A DNA stretch of 64,000 nt from Polyangia bacterium (GTDB lineage Bacteria > Myxococcota_A > Polyangia > JAAYKL01). Positions within the stretch are counted from its first letter, which is position 1. The number at the start of each line of letters is the position of its first letter. The position numbers were made by a program, and so were the translations under genes. The stretch covers positions 42,704-106,703 of the forward strand of contig JBNKCR010000034.1 of assembly GCA_050287845.1 (NCBI GenBank), in the 5' to 3' direction. The notes beneath the pieces are model-generated. The model searched no databases and was not told the DNA's origin. It was given only the letters and a program-made list of their open reading frames with translations. Below, piece by piece: positions 50,116 to 59,708 of this stretch.

Positions 50116-50221
50116 GTCAGTCCTCGTGAAGCATATGTCTAACTATCGATAATAGTGAGTTTTTTCTATCACAAACGAATTCCTTTGTCCCCTGATTAAA
50201 CGATAGAGGCTTTGCTCTCTC

Positions 50222-50298
50222 GGAGGTGGGCGCGGAACTTGTCACGATCCTCCGGTGCAGAAGGTCTCCTTCCTGGCGAGATGCCGCGCCCAGCCTCC
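50222..50298 (+). other. GC-rich multi-stem hairpin between nikR and the BspA-like gene
   Basis: GGAGGTGGGCGCGG pairs with CCGCGCCCAGCCTCC. Inner CTTGTCA/TGGCGAG (G-U pairs) and GAAGG/CCTTC stems. Confidence 0.5.
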
Positions 50299-50458
50299 AC
50301 CCGTTTTGAGGAGGACAATTATGGAGAAGCGGATGAAGCTGGTTTGATCCGTCTGTATCTCAGGCTGGCGTTTAACTCAAATCGAGGGTTTTAAGACAAA
50401 GCCTGAATCAACACTGACTATTTGATGGGAATGTGTTCCGAACGGATGTGGAGTAATT

Positions 50459-52501
50459 CTATTCCCCGTCGGTGATGGTCCAGTTGTGCTGGTCCACCAG
50501 GGTCTGTTTCGCCTCCGTTGGAGCGCCCGGGCTGGCAATGGAATTGCCGCCGCCGAAGAGGACGTCATTCAGCACGTCCTGGGAGGCCCAGCCCACCAGC
50601 AGCGCATCGTAGTTGGGGGTGGAGAGTCCCGCTTTGCTGAACATGGCATCGGCGGTGGTGAGGTTGGTGACGTTCCAGGATGACAGGTCCTGGTCGAAGG
50701 CGGTCGCATAGTAGAACATGCCTGCCATCGTGGTCACTCTGGCGGTATTCCATCCGGAGATATCCTGATTGAACGAAGAGCAATATGTAAACATATCCGA
50801 CATATCGGTAACGTTGGAGGTGTCCCAACCGGAGATGTCGCTGTTGAACACTTCACAGTTGAACATGTGCCGCATGGTGGTGACGCGGGAGGTGTCCCAA
50901 CCGGAGATGTCGCCATTGAACACTTTGGTCTGATTGAACATCCAACTCATATTGGTGACATTGGACGTATCCCAGCTCGACAAATCCTGATTGAACGCAT
51001 AGGCGCCCCAGAACATCGCGCTCATGTTGGTTACTTTCGATGTGTCCCACGCCGACAGCGGCTGGTTGAAGCTCATGGCGTAGTGAAACACATTATTCAT
51101 ATTGGTGATATTGGACGTATCCCAACTTGAAATATCCGCATTGAAATCGCTCGCCAGATAGAACATATTGCTGATGTCGGTAACGTTTGACGTGTTCCAG
51201 TTCGAGATGTCCTGATTAAACCGCGACGCACCGCGAAACATATTTGCCATGGTGGTCACCTTGGAGGTGTCCCAGTTGGAAATGTCGCGGTTGAAATTTT
51301 CGACGTCCACAAACATCCTACTCATGTCTGTCACCTTTGAGGTGTCCCAGCCGGACAAGTCACTATTGAAATCGCGAGCGTAGTGGAAGGCATCTGCCAT
51401 GGTGGTCACATTGGCGGTGTTCCAGTCTGAAATGTCGACATTCACATGGGATACCAAATAGAAAAGTTTTCTAATATCTGTCACCCGAGAAACGTCCCAG
51501 TTGTTGATGCCCGGAATGTCCGTCAGTTCCTGGCAATATCCGAACGCCCCTTGCAGGCTGGTGGTTTCAGAAATATCCGGTGCGTCCGTGGCGGTGATCT
51601 TCAGATTCTTACACTCATAAAACTGGCCCAGGGTATCGCCAAACCCCAGTGATCCCCAATTGGAAACCCGCAACAGCTTGAGGGCATCACGACCGTTTGC
51701 CTGAAGAGACTTGTACTCCGGGAATTGCCAACCATTGATGGTGCCGTCAATGGTGACCGTGTACGTACCCGCCTGGGTATAGGTGTGTATATTGTCATTG
51801 TGCCTTGTAATCCGACTGCTGGTGCCGTCGCCCCAGTCCACCGTGAAATCATAGGTGCCGCTCGCAACAAGCGGCAGCGAAATCTGATTGTCGTAAGAGA
51901 TGCCTTCGTTGTCCGTTTTCCACTCCGTCACAAAGGATGTCCCATACGAAGCGGTATCAATGTCGGTGTCATCGGTGTCATCGGTGTCATCGGTGTCATC
52001 GGTGTCATCGGTGTCATCGGTATCTGCGGTGTCTTCAGTGACTTCGGTATCTGCGGTATCTTCAGTATCTGCGGTATCTGCAGTGTCTTCGGTATCTTCA
52101 GTATCTTCGGTGTCATCGGTGTCATCGGTGTCATCGGCGTCATCGGTGTCATCGGTATCTTCGGTATTTTCGGTATCCGGTTCTTCACCGATATCAACCG
52201 TGTCGGTGGCTGTTTCTGCCGTTTCTGATTCGGTATCGATTGCATCAAACTGTGTATCTACTGGCGCAGATGCGCTATCGTTGGGTTCTTCTGAATCGTT
52301 GCCGTTGCCACCGTTGGTGTCACTGTCCGGCACGTCTACAGAAGTATCGTCGTTTTGGTCCGAGTCGGTTGTATCTGTGACCGTGCCCACAGGCGCTGAT
52401 TGGTAGCATCCGCCAATCAGCAATATGGCCGAGCACCAGAGAATTTGTAAGAGACTGTTAAATGGAATTGCTATGGGGTACTCTTTAATTGTGTTTTTCA
52501 T
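50459..52501 (-). CDS. BspA-family (DUF285) surface lipoprotein with Asp-Thr stalk and PKD-like domain
   Basis: Lipobox IGGC, (DT)n linker, FTVDWGDG...HTY...GTYTV, and 12 WDTSxVTxMxxMF-type repeats of about 25 aa. Confidence 0.9.
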   Translation of the reverse strand: MKNTIKEYPIAIPFNSLLQILWCSAILLIGGCYQSAPVGTVTDTTDSDQNDDTSVDVPDSDTNGGNGNDSEEPNDSASAPVDTQFDAIDTESETAETATDTVDIGEEPDTENTEDTDDTDDADDTDDTDDTEDTEDTEDTADTADTEDTADTEVTEDTADTDDTDDTDDTDDTDDTDDTDIDTASYGTSFVTEWKTDNEGISYDNQISLPLVASGTYDFTVDWGDGTSSRITRHNDNIHTYTQAGTYTVTIDGTINGWQFPEYKSLQANGRDALKLLRVSNWGSLGFGDTLGQFYECKNLKITATDAPDISETTSLQGAFGYCQELTDIPGINNWDVSRVTDIRKLFYLVSHVNVDISDWNTANVTTMADAFHYARDFNSDLSGWDTSKVTDMSRMFVDVENFNRDISNWDTSKVTTMANMFRGASRFNQDISNWNTSNVTDISNMFYLASDFNADISSWDTSNITNMNNVFHYAMSFNQPLSAWDTSKVTNMSAMFWGAYAFNQDLSSWDTSNVTNMSWMFNQTKVFNGDISGWDTSRVTTMRHMFNCEVFNSDISGWDTSNVTDMSDMFTYCSSFNQDISGWNTARVTTMAGMFYYATAFDQDLSSWNVTNLTTADAMFSKAGLSTPNYDALLVGWASQDVLNDVLFGGGNSIASPGAPTEAKQTLVDQHNWTITDGE
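51955..52180 (-). repeat. 9-nt tandem repeat encoding DTD/DTE/DTA
   Basis: (TCATCGGTG)n and variants on the plus strand. Confidence 0.9.
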
Positions 52502-52996
52502 CGTGAAATTCAGTATTATTGGAAGAATTCGAGTTTCCTGTTGAGCTTATTGCTGTCACAGCGTTTTTCACGGCAGATTTATAAATAGGTGACAGCCCAA
52601 TGTCCAACATAATGTGACAGGGTGGATTGTAATGTAGTCCGATGTAATTTCGCTGGCGCATGGGCAATCGCAAGAAAATCATGAGACTGAATTTGCAAGG
52701 ACTTTCATTGTGTAGTCCGTTTTTATTGTCACAGAAGATTCGTCGTTTGCGTAGGAAGGCTTTCCGAGTCGTTTGCGTAGGGTGCAAAGAACGTACTTAT
52801 GAGGGAAAGGGCAAGACAATAGTGGCGGACTTTGTGTTCGCCCTGGTGTTCGCCCATCCCTGCGATTCTGTACTTGCATTCCCCTGTCACCACATAATTC
52901 CCCTGTCACCACACAAACCGGGTTGCCAACCGCTTCTGTTTGTGATGTCATATGCCATATAAACAAAACATGATTTGAATAGTCTGGAGGTTTGCG

Positions 52997-54286
52997 ATGG
53001 TTGACCGGAAATTGCTGAAAACGCTGGGTATACTTTTTTGGGGTGGTGTTCTGCTTGTTTCCGCATGCGAGGAGTGTCGTCTGTCCAGTGAATGCGATGT
53101 GGGAGAGGTGTGTCAGTCCGGGGTATGTGAAACGCCATCTATCGAGCCGGGCAGCGTGTCGACGGATACGCAACAGTCGGGAGTAAGTGGCGGGAATACC
53201 TTTGCAACCCAGGACACCGGCACAGATACGGAAACGGACAGCCAGGTTGGGGATACGGTTTCTGAAGAGTCGGCAACTGATGATTCGGGTGCGGATTCCG
53301 ATACCACGGTTCAGTTCGGAGTGCCGGGGATTGATTTGGCGAACTCCACCCTGGACCCCGATGAAGTTTATCTTATGGGAACCCTGGAACCCGATAAGGC
53401 CGTAGGGGTGGTGGCTCACTGGAGCGATCCGGATAGTTTTGTGATGGGGTTTGATGGCAGTCTCCGCTTCAACAGTGGCGTCATCAACACGGCCAGCTCC
53501 AAAATGGTTTATAAATTGTCTGCGGGGGGCGAGCAGTCCCTGTGGGAGTTCGGGATTGATGGGCATATTTATTCCGACACGCCGTACAATGGCAGATCCC
53601 AGTATGTACACAGCCAACAGAATGATACGCCGGCTATCCTGAGTGTTTCCGCGGATTGTCTGGGAGTGAATTTTGATGGCACATTTCAGTTCAAGCTGAC
53701 GCCGGATGGCGATATCTGGGTGGCGGGAAATGAAGCACTCTCGCCTTCTCAGCTGCAGTGGTGTGATGAATCGGGAACTTCCATTCTGTTCAACGATGCA
53801 CTTTCGGAAGTAATCCATGTGGGGTATGGCGGACGGGTATTCGGTGACACCCGGTCCGAATATGTGCTGACCACGGTGAGTGATGACTTTGCCTTCGATT
53901 TGGTCGTGTTGCCACAGTTATCGCAATTTGCGCCCGTTGCAACCGAAACCGAAATTGCGGCCATCCGCAGTACCGATTCCGGATTTCTGGTGGCATTGAG
54001 CGTATACACCATGGATGCCATCCGACTGTACAGTGTTGAAACGGACGGGACGGAAACCTTTCTCGGAAAGTATCCGGTCATTGCCAGCGAAATGGATTTT
54101 CCTGAAGTCGCTCGCCGTTATTACCGTCTCGATGCATCGGGGGCCCTGTTTGTCAGAGGCAAACGGGGCATAGATGATGTGGTGATGAGACTGTCCACCG
54201 ATGGGGTCAGCGAGGTGGTGTATCACAGTGCCGACCAGCATCGCGTGTATCTGGCGCCCGGGGACTGTCTTTTTACCGGGGTCTGA
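52997..54286 (+). CDS. Lipoprotein of unknown function with N-terminal Cys motif and D/T/S linker
   Basis: SD GGAGG, lipobox VSAC, CRLSSECDVGEVCQSGVC, then a beta-rich body. Confidence 0.75.
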   Translation: MVDRKLLKTLGILFWGGVLLVSACEECRLSSECDVGEVCQSGVCETPSIEPGSVSTDTQQSGVSGGNTFATQDTGTDTETDSQVGDTVSEESATDDSGADSDTTVQFGVPGIDLANSTLDPDEVYLMGTLEPDKAVGVVAHWSDPDSFVMGFDGSLRFNSGVINTASSKMVYKLSAGGEQSLWEFGIDGHIYSDTPYNGRSQYVHSQQNDTPAILSVSADCLGVNFDGTFQFKLTPDGDIWVAGNEALSPSQLQWCDESGTSILFNDALSEVIHVGYGGRVFGDTRSEYVLTTVSDDFAFDLVVLPQLSQFAPVATETEIAAIRSTDSGFLVALSVYTMDAIRLYSVETDGTETFLGKYPVIASEMDFPEVARRYYRLDASGALFVRGKRGIDDVVMRLSTDGVSEVVYHSADQHRVYLAPGDCLFTGV

Positions 54287-54358
54287 AACACCCTGTACTT
54301 CAGTCCTGACCGCACTTGTTCCTTGACTAAATGCAGACCTTCTCACATAAACCGATCT

Positions 54359-56023
54359 ATGGAAAAAAAATACATTTTATTACCTGACAGTCCCGGCTCC
54401 AGAGAGGGGGCCGAACAATTTTTACGAAAACTGCGGCATGCGGATGTTCCCCAGGCGCTGGTACAGGAACTGGGTGCCCATGATTTGCTTCTGGCCATGG
54501 ACGAAGCCGATGATGAGCAGCGCGCGGACCTGCTTATCCTGTCCAGCAAGGAGCAGTTCGACCATATGGTGGATTTCGCCTGCTGGGACGGATATGAACC
54601 TGCCCTTGAAAAAGTGGAGGAATTTGTGGCGCCCCTGGTGCACACCGGTATTGGTGGCGCCATTCGGGTTCTGGACAAGCTGGCCGAAGACATTCGCACA
54701 TTGATGTTCAAGGAGCGGGTTCGCATTCACCTCAGAGAAGAAAAGGATGAAGATTTTCCGGATGTACCGGATACATCGGATTTCATCACCACACCGGATG
54801 GATACTACGGCGTGGAAATACCGGATGCGGAGCTGTGCCCCGATGTCATCAGGGAATTGATTCGCGCTCTGATTTTTAAACCGTTCGAGGAGTATCAGCG
54901 GGAATTTGAAGCGATGCGCCACGAACTGAAGTTTGACCTCATGGAGGATGCGCTGCGTTGGCGCACTGCCCGTCTGGCAGACCTGGGCTTCGGTTCCTAT
55001 AAGGAAGGTCTGGCCCTCCTTTCTCCCCGCAGCGCCAAATCGGTTCGCGAGAAAATGAGCCGAAAAGAAATGCCCCATCCGCTGGAATCGGACGCGCCGG
55101 TACCGGCGATATATCGTGAAAACCTGAGCGGCAGCCAATTGCTCGACGATTCATTCGCGTTGCTTGCGGAAGCCAGGGATCCGAAATGGCAGGCCCGAAC
55201 CGAAACCCTCCAGGTGGAGATGAGCGCCATGGTGAGCCTCTTTCTGACGGGAATCAAATGCAATCTGGCGGATCTTAACGCCATTTCCCGGGGCACCGAG
55301 CTGGCCCGGGATATTCTCACCCTGGGGCTGGCCGACGTGGCGAACAATCCCCACGATGGCGCGGCCGCCCTGGCCTATCTGAGCCCCGGTGAATTGCTCC
55401 AGGTGGGCCTCGGACTGGTGTTTCCCCTGCGGGACCGTGCCCGGGCGCTGCAGAAACATGCGACCCTGCAATCCGTGGTGCTGGACACGCCATGGCAGGT
55501 GGTGCTCGATTGCGTCAGTATGTTCATCCCCAAATGGTGGACCACCCTGGACAGCGGCTATACCTCCGCTTCCATTGTGGAGCCACTGCCGGACGATCTG
55601 GAATTCATTACCACACCCAAACGGGTATCCATTGCGGCGGGATATCTCGACGAACTCGAGTCGCTGGTGGATGTGCTGAACCGTCTGGAATGGCGGGAAG
55701 GGGGCGCCCATCGTCCGGTTTTCCCGTCCGGCCTGATGCTCACCGCCCTGTGCAATGCATTTCTCGATGGCAGTCCCTCTCTGGATGGGGTACCGGCCCG
55801 GGAGGCTGAACGATTTGCATCGGCATTTTTGAACCAGCCAGTTGAAGAGATGCTTGTGTCTTCGCTGAAAGTGCTTACCTTGCCCTTGCAGGTGCCGGAA
55901 AGTGGGGGACTGTTCCCGGAAGATGAGCGTCATCCCCTGCGGCGATTGTTGCTCAGGTTGCTCCTGATTGGTCGAGACCGCCTGGAGTCTGAGGCAGTGT
56001 CGAGTACGGTGCTGACGCTCTAA
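54359..56023 (+). CDS. DUF6178-like helical protein
   Basis: PQALVQEL...LLILSSKEQFDHMVDFACW and EDALRWRTARLADLGF patterns. Confidence 0.65.
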   Translation: MEKKYILLPDSPGSREGAEQFLRKLRHADVPQALVQELGAHDLLLAMDEADDEQRADLLILSSKEQFDHMVDFACWDGYEPALEKVEEFVAPLVHTGIGGAIRVLDKLAEDIRTLMFKERVRIHLREEKDEDFPDVPDTSDFITTPDGYYGVEIPDAELCPDVIRELIRALIFKPFEEYQREFEAMRHELKFDLMEDALRWRTARLADLGFGSYKEGLALLSPRSAKSVREKMSRKEMPHPLESDAPVPAIYRENLSGSQLLDDSFALLAEARDPKWQARTETLQVEMSAMVSLFLTGIKCNLADLNAISRGTELARDILTLGLADVANNPHDGAAALAYLSPGELLQVGLGLVFPLRDRARALQKHATLQSVVLDTPWQVVLDCVSMFIPKWWTTLDSGYTSASIVEPLPDDLEFITTPKRVSIAAGYLDELESLVDVLNRLEWREGGAHRPVFPSGLMLTALCNAFLDGSPSLDGVPAREAERFASAFLNQPVEEMLVSSLKVLTLPLQVPESGGLFPEDERHPLRRLLLRLLLIGRDRLESEAVSSTVLTL

Positions 56024-56042
56024 ATCGAAAGGTCCCTGTACC

Positions 56043-56102
56043 GGGCAACCACGGGGTGTTGCCTCTAATGTCTCACGCTGGCGTGGATCCCCGTGTCCAC
56101 CC
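56043..56102. repeat. Pair of degenerate REP-like palindromes
   Basis: GGGCAACCACGGGGTGTTGCCTCTA (reverse-orientation GTAG-type REP hairpin), then GTGGATCCCCGTGTCCACCC. Confidence 0.5.
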
Positions 56103-56161
56103 GAATGACTGCCGCGCATGAGGGATGACTCACTGCGCGTATCAGGATTTTCAGTACACTC

Positions 56162-58990
56162 ATGCAGCATCGCAAAAACGTTATTTTTGTAAAAGGCGCC
56201 ACCGAACATAACCTTAAAATTGAACAGCTGGAGATTCCCAAAGACCAACTGGTGGTATTTACCGGAGTGTCCGGATCGGGCAAATCGTCTCTGGCGTTTG
56301 ATACGTTGTACGCGGAAGGGCAACGGCGATATGTGGAATCTCTATCTTCCTACGCCCGTCAGTTTCTCGGTCAGCTCGAAAAGCCCAGATTCGAAAAACT
56401 GAGCGGTCTTTCCCCCACCATTGCCATCGAACAGAAAGCCGCATCGGCCAATCCCCGGTCCACGGTGGGCACTATCACCGAAGTATACGATTATATGCGG
56501 GTCCTCTGGGCCAGGGTGGGAACTCAGCATTGTCACGAGTGCGGCAAGGAGGTGGCTGCCCTTACGCCGGAACAGTTGGTGGATGAAATCACACAGCTGG
56601 GCAACGGTGTGAGAGCGGAGATTCTGGCGCCACTGGTGGTCAATCGCAAAGGCACCCATCTGGACATTCTCGAACGGACCAGAGAGCGGGGATTCGTGCG
56701 GGTTCGGGTAGATGGCCAGATATATCGTTTTGACGATGATATTCCGGCTCTTGAAAAGAATAAGAAGCATACCATCGAAGTGGTGGTTGACCGGATAGAA
56801 GTGGGGGCCACCGAGATGATTCGTCTGGTGGATTCGGTGGAGACCGCGCTGCAGGAATCCGATGGTGAAATTGTGGTGGCGGTCCAGGGAAAAAAGGATT
56901 TGCGGTTTTCGGCCAAACATCATTGCGCCGACTGCAACATCGGATTTCCCTCTTTGTCGCCCCAGTCGTTTTCGTTCAATTCTCCCATGGGCGCCTGCGA
57001 ATCGTGCAACGGGCTGGGCACCCGCCTGGAGATGGACCCCGCACTGGTGGTGCCCGACGAAAATCTTTCCATCTATCAGGGGGCCATTGTGCCGTTCGCT
57101 GCGCAGCTGCAGCGGTTTGATGGCTGGAATGCGCGGATTTTCGAAGCGCTGGAACGGGAGATGGGGGTGGATTTGGATGTGCCCTGGAAAAAACTGCCCA
57201 AGCGGGTGAAGGATATTGTGCTGTACGGCACCAGCAAGCGGGTGAGTGTGCAGTGGGATAGGGAATCGTCTTCCCATCGCATGGACATCCGGTTTGAAGG
57301 GGTCGCCAATACGCTGCTTCGGCGGCTGCAACAGACCACATCGCCCGGGATGCGGGAGTTCTATACCCAGTACATGTCCACCATTCCCTGCAGTGAATGC
57401 GGCGGTACCCGGCTTCGCCCGGAGTCTCTGGCGGTCAGGGTCGCCGGTGAAAGTATTGCCGCGTTGACCCATCTCAGTGTGGAAGAGGCCTGTCAGTGGT
57501 TTGATCGCGTCAAACTCACCGGCGCGCGCAAAGTGGTGGCCACTGAAATTTTAAAAGAAATTCACGACCGACTGGGATTTCTGGTGAATGTGGGCCTGTC
57601 ATACCTGACCCTGGATCGGCTGGCGCCGACCCTTTCCGGCGGGGAAGCCCAGCGGATTCGGCTCGCCAGCCAACTGGGCGCCGAACTCTCGGGTGTGATG
57701 TACGTGCTCGATGAACCGTCCATCGGCCTGCATTCCACCGATGCCTCTGCCCTGTTGGATGCATTGTTCCGGCTTCGGGATTTGGGCAATACGGTGATTG
57801 TGGTGGAACACGACCGGGACACCATTGAGCGGGCCGATTATGTGGTGGACTTCGGACCGGGCGCCGGTCACGCCGGCGGCCGGGTGGTGTGCGAAGGCAC
57901 GCTGACCGATTTGAAAAAATCCAAAGCATCGCTGACGGGCGCCTATTTGCGCGGCGCCATGCAGGTTGCCCCCCGAAGAAAGCCCAGACCCCCGCAGGGA
58001 TGGCTGACCCTTAAAGGGGCAACATTGAATAACCTCAAGGATGTGGAAGTGGAAGTCCCTCTGGGAACCCTCACCGTGTTTTCCGGGGTTTCCGGCGCCG
58101 GGAAAAGCTCGCTTCTCTCGGGAACCCTGTTGCCCGCATTGCAGAAACAGCTCCACGGCACCAACGGACATGTGGGGCCATACAAGTCGCTGCTGGGGGT
58201 GGACCAGTTTGACAAGGTGATTCACATTGATCAGAAACCCATCGGGCGCACCCCCAGATCCAACCCGGTCACCTACACCAAGGCGTTCGACGAGATTCGC
58301 AGCATTCTGGCCCAGACCAAAGAATCCCGGGCCCGCGGTTACAACGCCGGGCGGTTCAGCTTCAATGTAAAAGGCGGGCGGTGTGAAGCCTGTGGCGGTG
58401 CGGGGGTGGTGAAGGTGGAGATGCACTTTCTGGCAGATGTGTATGTGACCTGTGAAGTCTGCAAGGGCCACCGGTACAACGACGCCACATTGCAGATTCG
58501 CTACAAGAGTCGCAATATCAAGGAAATACTCGATATTACCGTGGACGAAGCCCAGGAGCTGTTTGCCAACCACCGCAAATTGTCGCGCATTCTGCAGACC
58601 CTGCAGGACGTGGGCATGGGGTATGTGCATCTGGGACAGCCGGCCACCACCCTTTCCGGCGGTGAAGCCCAGCGCATCAAGCTTTCCAGGGAGCTGGCCA
58701 GGCGCAGTACCGGCAGAACCCTGTATGTACTGGATGAACCCACCACCGGGCTGCACTTCGATGATGTGCGGAAGCTCCTGATTGTGCTCCAGCGCCTGGT
58801 GGATGAGGGCAATACGGTGGTGGTGATTGAGCACAACATGGATGTGATTCAGTCAGCGGACTGGATTATCGATCTGGGTCCCGGGGGGGGCGATAAAGGC
58901 GGCAACATTGTAGCGGCCGGTCCTCCCAATGTGGTGGCCAGGGTGAAAGCCTCCGCTACCGGCAGGTGTCTGAAATCGTACAAGGGGTGA
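56162..58990 (+). CDS. uvrA: Excinuclease ABC subunit A
   Basis: GATEHNLK, GVSGSGKSSLAFDTLYAEGQRRYVESLS, two LSGGEAQRI, zinc fingers, GVSGAGKS. Confidence 0.98.
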   Translation: MQHRKNVIFVKGATEHNLKIEQLEIPKDQLVVFTGVSGSGKSSLAFDTLYAEGQRRYVESLSSYARQFLGQLEKPRFEKLSGLSPTIAIEQKAASANPRSTVGTITEVYDYMRVLWARVGTQHCHECGKEVAALTPEQLVDEITQLGNGVRAEILAPLVVNRKGTHLDILERTRERGFVRVRVDGQIYRFDDDIPALEKNKKHTIEVVVDRIEVGATEMIRLVDSVETALQESDGEIVVAVQGKKDLRFSAKHHCADCNIGFPSLSPQSFSFNSPMGACESCNGLGTRLEMDPALVVPDENLSIYQGAIVPFAAQLQRFDGWNARIFEALEREMGVDLDVPWKKLPKRVKDIVLYGTSKRVSVQWDRESSSHRMDIRFEGVANTLLRRLQQTTSPGMREFYTQYMSTIPCSECGGTRLRPESLAVRVAGESIAALTHLSVEEACQWFDRVKLTGARKVVATEILKEIHDRLGFLVNVGLSYLTLDRLAPTLSGGEAQRIRLASQLGAELSGVMYVLDEPSIGLHSTDASALLDALFRLRDLGNTVIVVEHDRDTIERADYVVDFGPGAGHAGGRVVCEGTLTDLKKSKASLTGAYLRGAMQVAPRRKPRPPQGWLTLKGATLNNLKDVEVEVPLGTLTVFSGVSGAGKSSLLSGTLLPALQKQLHGTNGHVGPYKSLLGVDQFDKVIHIDQKPIGRTPRSNPVTYTKAFDEIRSILAQTKESRARGYNAGRFSFNVKGGRCEACGGAGVVKVEMHFLADVYVTCEVCKGHRYNDATLQIRYKSRNIKEILDITVDEAQELFANHRKLSRILQTLQDVGMGYVHLGQPATTLSGGEAQRIKLSRELARRSTGRTLYVLDEPTTGLHFDDVRKLLIVLQRLVDEGNTVVVIEHNMDVIQSADWIIDLGPGGGDKGGNIVAAGPPNVVARVKASATGRCLKSYKG

Positions 58991-58998
58991 ATTGGCTT

Positions 58999-59685
58999 TC
59001 AGAATTGCGCGGTCCAGAATAATCCGCCGTAGTCTCTGGCAATATTCAGTCCCAGATGGCTCTGAAGATGGGCGTTCTGATTGGCCCGCCATTCCAGAAG
59101 ACGTCGTTTTTTCGCGCTGCCCGAAGCAACCAGGGGAATACCAATCACCAGAAAAATTCCCCCCACGGCCAGTGACGCTTTCAGGCAATCCTCCTGAATC
59201 TCCTCCTGCACCATATCTGACATGCAGATGGGTGCGGTCAGAAAATTCACCAGACCGATTCCCATGAAAATACCCCCGGTAATTCGCTGCCCCAGCCCGG
59301 AAGGCGGGGCTTTGCCCATGGGAACGGTTGAGCTGCCGGCAGTGGCCGTGGGGCTTAGCGCCCGGGAAACGGGACCGGCTCCGGAAGACGATGTCGAACC
59401 CATTGCCCCGCCATTCACTGCAGGAGGCTTTCCCGGAAGACAGACACCATTGCGGGTACAGACCTCTTTGGACGGACACTCCGGGTTGCACGGAGATTTG
59501 CATTGGCCGTTGTCGCAGAAGTATCCCGGTCGGCACGGGGGAGAACAGGTATCGTTCACAACATCTGCCGATGATGTGGCGGGGGGGTCGGACGCCGGCG
59601 GAGTGTCGCCATCGTCAGCGAATGCCGCATGGACCGGCAAAAAAGAGATACACAAAAATAATGGAACCCAAATCTGCTGTTTCAT
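58999..59685 (-). CDS. Secreted/membrane hypothetical protein with short Cys-rich repeat
   Basis: Signal peptide, CSPPCRPGYFCDNGQCKSPCNPEC, two hydrophobic helices, aromatic C-terminus. Confidence 0.7.
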   Translation of the reverse strand: MKQQIWVPLFLCISFLPVHAAFADDGDTPPASDPPATSSADVVNDTCSPPCRPGYFCDNGQCKSPCNPECPSKEVCTRNGVCLPGKPPAVNGGAMGSTSSSGAGPVSRALSPTATAGSSTVPMGKAPPSGLGQRITGGIFMGIGLVNFLTAPICMSDMVQEEIQEDCLKASLAVGGIFLVIGIPLVASGSAKKRRLLEWRANQNAHLQSHLGLNIARDYGGLFWTAQF

Positions 59686-59708
59686 AAAACTTCCCTGTTC
59701 ACTTCCAT

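Noticed and set aside
56135..56161. LexA box upstream of uvrA
   Set aside because: Only a partial resemblance (TTCAG) to the myxobacterial motif, which is not enough to call.
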